Shown: positions 24,456 through 32,000 of the stretch, piece by piece
Position numbering within the stretch: position 1 is the first letter of the stretch
Layout: each line of letters opens with the position of its first letter
Assembly: GCF_018336915.1 (NCBI RefSeq)
Contig: NZ_CP064923.1
Coordinates: 5,010,001 to 5,042,000 of the forward strand
From: Acaryochloris marina S15
Lineage (GTDB): Bacteria > Cyanobacteriota > Cyanobacteriia > Thermosynechococcales > Thermosynechococcaceae
Reading direction: 5' to 3'
DNA: 32,000 nt
Program-made: the position numbers and the translations under genes
The notes under the pieces: model-generated
The model's database searches: none
Seen by the model: the letters and a program-made list of their open reading frames with translations, nothing else
Told to the model about the DNA's origin: nothing

Positions 24456-24478
24456 CACTTAGGTTTCTGCTCGGAGAG

Positions 24479-26035
24479 TTATCCAGTGACCGGTTGAGCT
24501 TGAGAATGGGATAGATTTCGAAGATGATTTTGAAATTGCCATACTAACAGCACAATCACACAAAGCTGAGCAACTAAACCCACCAGGGCACTACTGATCA
24601 ACATAGGCATCTCAAAATCGCTGAAAGGGTAGCCCAAGAAAGTCCAAATCATCATGGAGGCTGGCATCTGATCAGGCACGATGCGCAAAATCGCCAACAT
24701 AATCGGTGGAACCAGCATCCAAAGCCCCAGCCCTCCCATAGTCCAGGTATAGGGGTTGCGAATTTTGAGGGCGAAAATCTGTTGGACGACGGCTGTATAA
24801 ATTAGCAATACCCCGGTCATGGATAAAACAATGATGGCAGCAACGGTAGGATTATCTTTGCCAAACCCCACTAAGAACATCCAAGGGACATAGAGGGCGT
24901 TGATGATTAAAAGATTGATTGCGATTGCAACGATTGCCGGACTTTTATCGGCCCAAACTAAATCTCGCAAAATACCTTGAGGCTTTTGTTGAACCCGCAG
25001 CCAATCTAGGAGAGATGCCCGTTGAGGACAGAGGGCCAGCATAATGACCAAAATCATACCGAAATTAAACGCATATAGAATCCATGTTCCAGCCATCCCA
25101 GTAAAAGTATTGATTCCAGTCGTTCTAGAAGATATGACGAAAAAGCCAATGGCTAATGGTTCTAGGAAGGCCACAATGGCATAACTCTGCCATTTACTCA
25201 TGACGGTGGTGCCTGGATTACGAAATAAGCGGACTAGCATCGACCAAATAAGCATCGTAGCAATAGCTAATACCACTAAAGTAAAGCCATGGGACAACCA
25301 TACAGACTGGTTAATTTCTTGCCCAAACCAGCGAATAATAACAGTCTGATCTCTTTGTGCATATTGGTAAGTATCCCCTTGGGCAGACCATTCGCTAATC
25401 CCTAAAGGCCGCCAAGTCACTGCCATATTCCAGGCAAAGTAGAGCGGAGATAAGAAGAAAAGGGTTAGTCCTGCGAAAGCTACAGCCACTACAGATTGCT
25501 GCCCAACGGCGATAGTCCGAGAGCTACTGAGAAGGCCATACAAAATCGCCAGGCTAAACAAAGCAAAACACCCGGCTGCCAGCATCACATAGTAACTGAT
25601 CAAGAAAAATACCGGCATACCTGAATTAAGCCCGGCAATGATATGCAAAGGAATTGCAAGCCCAATGGCGATGTAAGGCAAGATCGGCACCCCCAACATT
25701 TTGCCCAACAAAATACCTCGGCTGGGACGGGGGCTAAGCCGAATAAAATTGAGCGTGCCGCGTTTTTCTTCTTGATTCAGATCGCTAACCAGGTAGTAGC
25801 TCCCTGAAGTGAACAGAGCATAGGGCAAAATCCAAAGCATGGCTTCGGCTAAACCCGCCCAACGTTCAATTATGGGGTTAGAGATCTGCTGGGAAAATAC
25901 CAGGCCTAGGAGTGTTTGGCCAACTATAGAGATCACAATCGTGGCCGCAATGCTACGGGGCTTTAAGCGGCCTCGAAATTCTCGCAGCAGCTGGGGATTC
26001 CAATTGCCGACTCGATTCATTAAGGTGGATGTCAT
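24479..26035 (-). CDS. Polytopic membrane protein, probable ABC-2-type exporter permease
   Basis: 518 aa with about 12 hydrophobic segments. It starts 15 bp downstream of the ABC ATPase gene on the same strand. No diagnostic motif was recognised, so the call rests on context and topology. Confidence 0.6.
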   Translation of the reverse strand: MTSTLMNRVGNWNPQLLREFRGRLKPRSIAATIVISIVGQTLLGLVFSQQISNPIIERWAGLAEAMLWILPYALFTSGSYYLVSDLNQEEKRGTLNFIRLSPRPSRGILLGKMLGVPILPYIAIGLAIPLHIIAGLNSGMPVFFLISYYVMLAAGCFALFSLAILYGLLSSSRTIAVGQQSVVAVAFAGLTLFFLSPLYFAWNMAVTWRPLGISEWSAQGDTYQYAQRDQTVIIRWFGQEINQSVWLSHGFTLVVLAIATMLIWSMLVRLFRNPGTTVMSKWQSYAIVAFLEPLAIGFFVISSRTTGINTFTGMAGTWILYAFNFGMILVIMLALCPQRASLLDWLRVQQKPQGILRDLVWADKSPAIVAIAINLLIINALYVPWMFLVGFGKDNPTVAAIIVLSMTGVLLIYTAVVQQIFALKIRNPYTWTMGGLGLWMLVPPIMLAILRIVPDQMPASMMIWTFLGYPFSDFEMPMLISSALVGLVAQLCVIVLLVWQFQNHLRNLSHSQAQPVTG

Positions 26036-26050
26036 GACGCGACCAGAGAG

Positions 26051-27001
26051 TTATGAGGTTTGCCGATAGCCCATTTTGATAAAGATATCTTCAAGGCTCT
26101 CTTGAGTACGGTGGAAATCGATAATTGGGAAGTTGTGGGAGATTAGCGATCGCAACAACGCAACGATGTCATCATCCGTGCCCGTAAAGGTGACGGCAAT
26201 TTGATGTTTATCTCGTAAGACTTTGCATTCATGAACGAATGCATGGTCCTGTAGAAAGGTTTCGACAGGCGCTAAATCAGCCACAGTAGAAATAATCAAT
26301 TGCTGGGTCTGATCTCGGTTGTATAAAGCCCGCAGCTCTGAACTCTCCACCAGTTGTCCCATCTGCATAATGCCGATGGAGGTACAGAAATCTTCCAAAT
26401 CGCTGAGAATATGGGAAGAGATAAAGATAGTTAATCCTTGCTGTTGTAGGGTCTTTAAGGTTTGACGGAACTGTACCCTAGCCACTGGATCTAACCCGGA
26501 AACAGGTTCATCCAACAGCAATAAGGTGGGTTTATGAATAATCGTTCGAGCTAAGCTGAGGCGCTGCTTCATACCCCGAGATAAGGTACTAATCGGGCTA
26601 TGGCGCTTACTGTCCAGATCGACCAACGCCAACACTTCATTCAATCTGTGGCTGAGGTCTGGTTCTTGCAGATAATACAAACGAGCAAAATATTCTAGAT
26701 AATCCCAAACCAACAAATCATCGTATAGAGGAAAATCATCCGGCAGGAAACCGATGCGCCGCTTGATATCAGAATTAGGCTGATTTTGAATGAGGGTCTG
26801 TCCGCCAATCGCAATATTGCCCAAGGTAGGTTCTTCGGCTGTCGCCAGCATGCGAATCAGAGTGGTTTTGCCTGCTCCATTGGGACCAATCAAGCCGTAA
26901 ATTTCGCCTTGCTGAACTTGTAGATCCACTTGGCTAACAGCAATGCTATCGCCAAACTGTTTGGTCAATTGCTGAGTAGCAATGACGGGAGGATTGGTCA
27001 T
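26051..27001 (-). CDS. ABC transporter ATP-binding protein (ABC-2/DrrA-like, with C-terminal accessory domain)
   Basis: Walker A GPNGAGKTT, signature LSRGMKQRLSLART, Walker B LLLLDEPVSGLD, H-loop SSHIL. Confidence 0.9.
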   Translation of the reverse strand: MTNPPVIATQQLTKQFGDSIAVSQVDLQVQQGEIYGLIGPNGAGKTTLIRMLATAEEPTLGNIAIGGQTLIQNQPNSDIKRRIGFLPDDFPLYDDLLVWDYLEYFARLYYLQEPDLSHRLNEVLALVDLDSKRHSPISTLSRGMKQRLSLARTIIHKPTLLLLDEPVSGLDPVARVQFRQTLKTLQQQGLTIFISSHILSDLEDFCTSIGIMQMGQLVESSELRALYNRDQTQQLIISTVADLAPVETFLQDHAFVHECKVLRDKHQIAVTFTGTDDDIVALLRSLISHNFPIIDFHRTQESLEDIFIKMGYRQTS

Positions 27002-27156
27002 GTATATACTGACCTTTGCGAATAAGAAAACACTGTCATGATGCCATTATCTTCGCGAATCGAGACCCAAACTAGAGTGATATCAATCACGTCTGTAATA
27101 CATCAAAGACTGATAAATCAAAGTCAGCAATCGTTTTATCGACACACTGTTAGAGG

Positions 27157-27373
27157 ATGAAATTTCAAACTAGTACTGTTGAGATGAAAGGCATCCGTCT
27201 TTCATCTCAACAGGATGGCATCGAGGTAGGGCGAGCATTTGTCTACTTCATCCACGCACGATCACTCCTTCACCTGAATGGAAGATGTTTTTGTCAGTAA
27301 GGTATAGAGAGGGAAAAGACTAGGCTCAGACCTCGTTCGTCAGGTGATTAAGCTGTTTCGTATCGATTTATAA
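27157..27373 (+). pseudogene. Decayed, 3'-truncated remnant of a small GNAT N-acetyltransferase gene
   Basis: Frame 1 from ATG 27157 reads MKFQTSTVEMKGIRLSSQQDGIEVGRAFVYFIHA... and stops at 27298-27300. The +1 frame from about 27260 continues DHSFT*MEDVFVSKV*RGKRLGSDLVRQVIKLFRIDL*. MEDVFV...(Y)RGKxLG..L resembles GNAT beta4/motif A. I count one frameshift, two in-frame stops, and no C-terminal half. Confidence 0.4.
27177..27212. other. Perfect 14-bp inverted repeat with an 8-nt loop
   Basis: tgttgagatgaaag (27177-27190), gcatccgt, ctttcatctcaaca (27199-27212). It lies 190 bp downstream of the rluD stop, inside the GNAT remnant, and no clean U-tract follows on either strand. Confidence 0.6.
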
Positions 27374-27403
27374 GTGCCCATTGAGAGTGGGAGTGTACCT
27401 CAG

Positions 27404-28396
27404 TCAATTCTGCCTATTAGACTCCCCCGTGCGGAGGAGATTGTTCATGGGACTGAAATGAGAGTGCTTCTGTAGACGATTGAGTAACTTAACGAAGTCA
27501 GTGGGCAAAGGTGCTTTGACTTCCAGGTCAGTGCCAGATACAGGATGCTTAAGACTTAAACGCCATGCATGTAAAACTTGTCCGGATAAGTTCACCTTCA
27601 AGGATCGACCTCGACTATAGAGTGGGTCACCGACAATCGGCCATCCCATCTGAGCACAATGAACCCGAATTTGATGGGTGCGTCCTGTTTCTAGCCGAAA
27701 TTTGACCAATGCATAATTGCCCAAGGGCTGCAGAATTTGCCATTGCGTAACGGCCGCTTTACCGCCTTTTTCTTCAGGCACCACTGCCATTTTGATTCTA
27801 TCCGTTGGATTACGGCCAATGGGAAAGTCCATACAACCTATTTCGGTCGATGGATGACCATAGACAATTCCCACATATTCCCGCAGGGCCGTTTTGGCTG
27901 CAATCTGGGCCTGGAGGTGTTGATGGGCCTGATCGGTTTTAGCCACCATCATGGCTCCCGTCGTATCCTTATCAAGGCGGTGCACAATACCCGGTCGCTC
28001 TACCCCACCAATCCCTGAGAGGGTTGAACCCTGACCATCTTGGCAATGGGCCAGCAGACCATGTACGAGGGTGCCTGTGGCATGGCCAGGAGCAGGATGG
28101 ACGACTAACCCTGCAGGTTTATTAACGATTAGGAGATGGTCATCCTCAAATAACATCTCCAAATCCATGGGCTCTGGTTCCAGTGCTAAAGGTCTGGGCG
28201 CAGGAATGTGAACTTGAATCTGATCACCTATTTGCAGGGCATATTTCTTGGAGGTGCAAATCTTATGATTGATTTGCACATGGCCTTGTTCAATCAGTTT
28301 CTGAATATGCGATCGCGACAGCGAATCCACTTGATCAGCCAGCCAGCGGTCAATCCTAGGTGCATCTCCCCCAACAGAAAATTCCAGTTTCTTCAT
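27404..28396 (-). CDS. rluD: RluA-family 23S rRNA pseudouridine synthase (RluD-like, with N-terminal S4 domain)
   Basis: S4-like N-terminus (RIDRWLADQVDSLSRSHIQKLIEQGHVQINHK), catalytic motif GIVHRLDKDTTGAMMVAKT, and C-terminal GRTHQIRVH. Confidence 0.9.
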   Translation of the reverse strand: MKKLEFSVGGDAPRIDRWLADQVDSLSRSHIQKLIEQGHVQINHKICTSKKYALQIGDQIQVHIPAPRPLALEPEPMDLEMLFEDDHLLIVNKPAGLVVHPAPGHATGTLVHGLLAHCQDGQGSTLSGIGGVERPGIVHRLDKDTTGAMMVAKTDQAHQHLQAQIAAKTALREYVGIVYGHPSTEIGCMDFPIGRNPTDRIKMAVVPEEKGGKAAVTQWQILQPLGNYALVKFRLETGRTHQIRVHCAQMGWPIVGDPLYSRGRSLKVNLSGQVLHAWRLSLKHPVSGTDLEVKAPLPTDFVKLLNRLQKHSHFSPMNNLLRTGESNRQN

Positions 28397-28412
28397 GAGT
28401 GGTAAACCTCAG

Positions 28413-29120
28413 CTAGAGGCGGCGGCAAATATCTAAACCATGGGTATCAGTCCCACAGGTTTGTAGTAAATTGTGCTGGTTAGCCAGTCGCATCAGCGTA
28501 TTGGTTTGAGATGGACTCGGTTCCCAAGGATCTTTATTCCCATAACAATAGAACGTTTCTATCCCATCCATTCCAGCCTGGGCAGCCGCACTGACCAGTT
28601 CCTTCACCGATCGTCGATATCGGGCGGGATGGGCCAGCACCGCCAGTCCACCTGCTTCATGCAGAGCAGTAATCACTTGGTTGGCCTGAGCCTGATGCCC
28701 TGCAGGTGCTGAGCCCAATAGATAAGACTGCAATGCAGCATGATGCGGATCGAAGCCATAGCCCAGGATGTGCACTTGCGTCTCAAGGAGTTTAGATGTA
28801 ATTTCGATGCCGGTCCACAGCTGAGGCAAGGATTGTGAAGGCTGAGCTTGCAATAGTTCTAACGCGCTCCAATAGCCATCAACACTATGGTGGTCCGTAA
28901 TCGCTAAGCTCGCTAGGCCCGCTTTAATCGCTTGTTGAACTAATTGCTGTGGTTCCAAGCGCCCATCCGAATGGAGGGTATGCAAATGAAAATTATAGGC
29001 ATGGGGACAACTTTCAGCAGTAATGGACTGAAAAATTTCTTTCAATCGGCCTACATCAGTTTGAAGTGTCTTCGTAACAATCACTAAGCAATTACTAAAT
29101 GCGATGCTTCCAGATTCCAA
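28413..29120 (-). CDS. PHP-domain metal-dependent phosphoesterase
   Basis: YNFHLHTLHSDG...LASLAITDHHSVDGY...VHILGYG...AHPARY...GIETFY...GTDTHG, the PHP His/Asp motifs. There is no ATG near the 5' end; the track uses TTG 29120 and GTG 29084 is an alternative. The gene ends 16 bp upstream of rluD, so the two probably form an operon. Confidence 0.75.
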   Translation of the reverse strand: MESGSIAFSNCLVIVTKTLQTDVGRLKEIFQSITAESCPHAYNFHLHTLHSDGRLEPQQLVQQAIKAGLASLAITDHHSVDGYWSALELLQAQPSQSLPQLWTGIEITSKLLETQVHILGYGFDPHHAALQSYLLGSAPAGHQAQANQVITALHEAGGLAVLAHPARYRRSVKELVSAAAQAGMDGIETFYCYGNKDPWEPSPSQTNTLMRLANQHNLLQTCGTDTHGLDICRRL

Positions 29121-29216
29121 CTATATCTCAATAATTTTGAGCTGTTCAGAACCAAAACTAGCCAAAGTCATGCAGCATATAGATCTGTGCCAAAAACAAA
29201 AAAGTCAGGCACCCCC

Positions 29217-30020
29217 TTACACTTCAGAGGTAGGTGGCGCTTTATAGATAGGCGTCAAGAAGGCAATTAAGAACCCAACCGAGAAGCCAGCCACATTTCT
29301 CAAGATAGGCAACCATTCCGAAGTCCGAGCCAGAACGGGGCCCAGTCCAAAGGAAAAGAAACAAATCCCCCAAAGAGGAGAGAAAATCAACATCCACTGC
29401 CAAGCGAAAGTTTGATCAGCCGTGCGAGGGTGAGCCGAGAAACCACAGATAATTCCACCCATCACAGACGTGATCAGCGTAAAAATCCATTGTTCTTGAG
29501 GTAATCCGGGTACGACTCGGCAGCCTCCTTGGTTCAAGCAAGTCTTGACGGAGTCGATGGCTTGAATAATCGATTCATCCTCCCCATTCTCTTGCACGAA
29601 GTACTGGTTACCGAACCGAGTCTGCAGTTCAACCCAGAAGGTGCGGGGAAGTAATTGATAAACCGAATCACCGACATTGAAATTGAGAATGTTGCCACCC
29701 CGGGAGTCAGCCACCAACAGCACGCTATTTTCATCCAAATTCCAAAAATCTTTGATGGCACGACCAGGAGTCCGATCGTACTGGGTCAAAATTCTCAATT
29801 TCCAGCCTGTATCTTGCTCAAAAACGTCTAGATCTTTATCTAGCTTGTTTTTCTGAGTGCTAGTTAGAGCCTGAGCGAGATCCACAATAGAGGTGGGTTC
29901 TGCAGGTAATAGTTCAGGTGCTTCAAAGGCTTGTGCGGGTGATGCCCTAACCCATATGCCAAAACCCAGTATTAGACCGAGACAGGCTGTGAACACTCGA
30001 CGAACAAGATTATGATTCAT
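29217..30020 (-). CDS. TPM-domain protein (TLP18.3/Psb32-like fold) with signal peptide and C-terminal TM helices
   Basis: Signal peptide CLGLILGFGIWVRASPAQA. TPM-like region VDLAQALTSTQKNKLDKDLDVFEQDTGWKLRILTQ...VLLVADSRGGNILNFNVG. The C-terminus is hydrophobic (FTLITSVMGGIICGF, WMLIFSPLWGICFFSFGLGPV, VAGFSVGFLIAFL). I prefer the ATG at 30020 over TTG 30044. Confidence 0.55.
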   Translation of the reverse strand: MNHNLVRRVFTACLGLILGFGIWVRASPAQAFEAPELLPAEPTSIVDLAQALTSTQKNKLDKDLDVFEQDTGWKLRILTQYDRTPGRAIKDFWNLDENSVLLVADSRGGNILNFNVGDSVYQLLPRTFWVELQTRFGNQYFVQENGEDESIIQAIDSVKTCLNQGGCRVVPGLPQEQWIFTLITSVMGGIICGFSAHPRTADQTFAWQWMLIFSPLWGICFFSFGLGPVLARTSEWLPILRNVAGFSVGFLIAFLTPIYKAPPTSEV

Positions 30021-30358
30021 TAGAACTATTGCGTTGGATGTCAAAAGGTGTTAATTGGCAACTAATTAAGTCAATTTTTAACACTTATTTAAGTTACTTA
30101 TCATAATAATACGAATCCCTGGTCTTTGTCATAGGCATCAATCGTTGGGGATGACACAGCCAAACGCTTAATTGGCAAGAATCAAGGATTACAAAGACTC
30201 TTGGGTCAAAATGTTGAAATTAGTATCTAACCCTAGAAAACAGTGAAAATTTGGATGGGTCCTGGGTATTCTATGGCGTATATCCTTACCTAGGCTTTTT
30301 AGGTGGTCCCTTGACCGTCAGATCCAAAATTAACAGCTGTTACTCAGGGTTTTTTCAG

Positions 30359-30425
30359 GTCTATCGGCGAGGATGTAGTGACCTTGAAACTTTTTAGGCT
30401 ACAGCACAGTCTATAGGTGAGGATG
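30359..30425 (+). promoter_or_regulatory. Direct repeat GTCTATCGGCGAGGATG / GTCTATAGGTGAGGATG (15/17), start-to-start spacing 50 bp, in the sigma-factor leader
   Basis: The copies are at 30359-30375 and 30409-30425, about 260-330 bp upstream of the sigma ATG. Confidence 0.3.
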
Positions 30426-30686
30426 CTTATACAACTTGTTGCTTATTACAAGAACGGCCAGAAAAGTGGCTTGTGAGGTCACAATGGCCTTAGTGAATAC
30501 GGTTTACCGAATATTCGAATCTCACCAAGCCTAGAAAAATGGCCTAGTATAGAAGAACAAACTCATACTGACTTCGTTTTTAAGCGGCCTATATCAACAC
30601 TCACTGATTGCATCATTCACTATTAAATTTGAAATTTGATAGTCTTCATGCCAACATCACCTTCTTAAAGGGGGTAGCTCAAGTCC

Positions 30687-31670
30687 ATGTCCAAAACCAA
30701 AACTAAGCAACAAGCTATCTCTGTGTCTCCGACAACAGATATGGTTCGTACCTATCTCCATGAGATTGGTCGAGTGCCTTTGTTGACCCATGAGCAAGAA
30801 ATCGTTTTTGGTAAGCAAGTACAGGCCATGATGGCGCTTTTAGACTTGCAGAAAACTTTATTGGATGAATTGGGGCGTGAACCTTCCTTAGAAGAGTGGG
30901 CAGAGAAAGCCAATCTTAGTCCCTCTCAATTGGAACTGTCCCTGCACCAAGGACAGCAAGCCAAGCAAAAGATGATTGAAGCCAATCTCAGGCTGGTCGT
31001 TTCTGTTGCTAAAAAGTACCAAAAGCGAAACCTAGAACTCTTAGACCTGATCCAAGAAGGAACCTTGGGATTAGAACGCGGGGTTGAGAAGTTTGATCCA
31101 ACCCGAGGGTATAAGTTTTCAACCTATGCCTACTGGTGGATTCGCCAGGCGATCACCCGTGCGATCGCACAACAGGCTCGCACCATTCGACTGCCCATTC
31201 ACATCACCGAAAAGCTCAACAAAATCAAAAAAGCCCAGCGTGAGTTATCCCAGAAGCTGGGTCGCAGTGCCACCCCCGCTGAAATTGCGGAAGCATTGGA
31301 ACTAGAGCCCAGCCAAATCCGAGATTATCTCACCATTGCTCGTCAGCCTATTTCGTTAGATCTGAGAGTCGGTGACAATCAGGATACCGAGTTGCGAGAC
31401 TTGCTGGAAGACGACGGGCAATCTCCGGAGCAATTCACGACCACCCAAGCCCTGCGGGATGACGTGAATCAATTGCTGACGGAGTTAACCCCTCAGCAAC
31501 GAGATGTCTTAATGCTGCGGTTTGGTCTCGACAACGGTAAGGAGTTATCCCTTGCCAAAGTTGGACAACAATTAAGCCTTAGCAGAGAGCGAGTCCGTCA
31601 ATTAGAACGGCAAGCCCTAGACTATCTGCGCCGTCGCAAAGGCGAAGTGCGAGAGTATATCGCTAGCTAG
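30687..31670 (+). CDS. Group 2 sigma-70 family RNA polymerase sigma factor
   Basis: 327 aa. Region 1.2 [29 protein letters not shown], region 2 [62 protein letters not shown], region 4.2 [16 protein letters not shown]. It is too short to be the group-1 SigA. Confidence 0.9.
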   Translation: MSKTKTKQQAISVSPTTDMVRTYLHEIGRVPLLTHEQEIVFGKQVQAMMALLDLQKTLLDELGREPSLEEWAEKANLSPSQLELSLHQGQQAKQKMIEANLRLVVSVAKKYQKRNLELLDLIQEGTLGLERGVEKFDPTRGYKFSTYAYWWIRQAITRAIAQQARTIRLPIHITEKLNKIKKAQRELSQKLGRSATPAEIAEALELEPSQIRDYLTIARQPISLDLRVGDNQDTELRDLLEDDGQSPEQFTTTQALRDDVNQLLTELTPQQRDVLMLRFGLDNGKELSLAKVGQQLSLSRERVRQLERQALDYLRRRKGEVREYIAS

Positions 31671-31702
31671 TCCTTTAATTAGCTAGTCCTTCAATTTCTT
31701 TC

Positions 31703-31741
31703 CATCAACCTCCAGCGCATTATCTGCACTGGAGGTTGATG
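31703..31741 (+). terminator. 13-bp perfect hairpin downstream of the sigma gene (possible terminator, no U-tract)
   Basis: catcaacctccag (31703-31715) / ctggaggttgatg (31729-31741) with a 13-nt loop. It is followed by atgtggggcc, so it is not a canonical intrinsic terminator. Confidence 0.35.
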
Positions 31742-31820
31742 ATGTGGGGCCTTCAATGGAGACAATGCTGGAGAGACGCGGTAGATTAGTGCAGCCCATG
31801 ATCCTGGAGAGTTAAAACGA

Positions 31821-32000
31821 ATGGCGGACTGGCTATATCAATATCCCCCCCTACTTGCAGGCAAGCTGATCAAACGATACAAACGTTTTCTGGCCGATAT
31901 TGAATTAGAGACAGGTGAAGTCGTCACCGCCCATTGCCCTAATACAGGTCCGATGACAGGCATGTCTGCCCCCAATAGCCGAGTGCAAATTTCTAGAAGT
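31821..32000 (+). CDS. sfsA: Sugar fermentation stimulation protein homologue SfsA. Only the N-terminal 60 codons are present; the gene runs off the right edge
   Basis: Not in the ORF track because it is open to the window edge. My translation reads [60 protein letters not shown], which contains the SfsA N-terminal signature (RYKRFLADI...AHCPNTG.M.G). Confidence 0.8.
   Translation, partial: MADWLYQYPPLLAGKLIKRYKRFLADIELETGEVVTAHCPNTGPMTGMSAPNSRVQISRS

Noticed and set aside
30501-30530. A tRNA-like T-loop string (TTCGAATC) in the sigma-factor leader
   Set aside because: The flanking bases do not form a T-stem, and no acceptor, D or anticodon arms can be drawn. It is part of the CGAATATTCG palindrome.

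Overview
This window looks like a 32-kb stretch of a cyanobacterial chromosome. The evidence is 14 perfect HIP1 octamers (GCGATCGC, about 0.5 expected by chance), a clpR-clpP3 operon, a group-2 sigma factor, TGD/Mla-like lipid-transport genes, and pentapeptide, HEAT, TPR and SLH proteins. I call about 27 tightly packed protein genes, mostly core functions: proS, a GH57 glucan enzyme, a Ca2+/H+ antiporter, clpR/clpP, rluD, sfsA, two ABC systems and cell-envelope proteins. I found no rRNA, tRNA or CRISPR array by eye. Many track ORFs start at TTG or GTG and are the longest possible, so I trimmed several to the first plausible ATG. Several long ORFs antisense to low-complexity or repeat genes are rejected as artefacts. 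The only clearly accessory segment is about 21.9-24.5 kb. It holds an apparently intact IS1-family element (inverted repeats, near-perfect 8-bp target duplication, A7G -1 frameshift site) 119 bp upstream of clpR. Next to it lies a translationally coupled pair: a SAM methyltransferase and a RidA/YjgF-like::PchB-like chorismate-mutase fusion. I do not see a convincing novel multi-gene system, and there are no defence-type enzymes. The best second-look candidates are the methyltransferase/RidA-CM module with its repeated palindromic motif, and an inner-membrane-anchored triple-SLH protein with a roughly 490-aa acidic disordered N-terminus carrying recurrent D-x-W motifs. Others are a repeat-dense 642-bp leader upstream of the sigma gene, a decayed GNAT remnant, and five convergent gene pairs with at most 23 bp between stop codons, one of which overlaps. 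All family calls rest on motif recognition from memory, not on searches.
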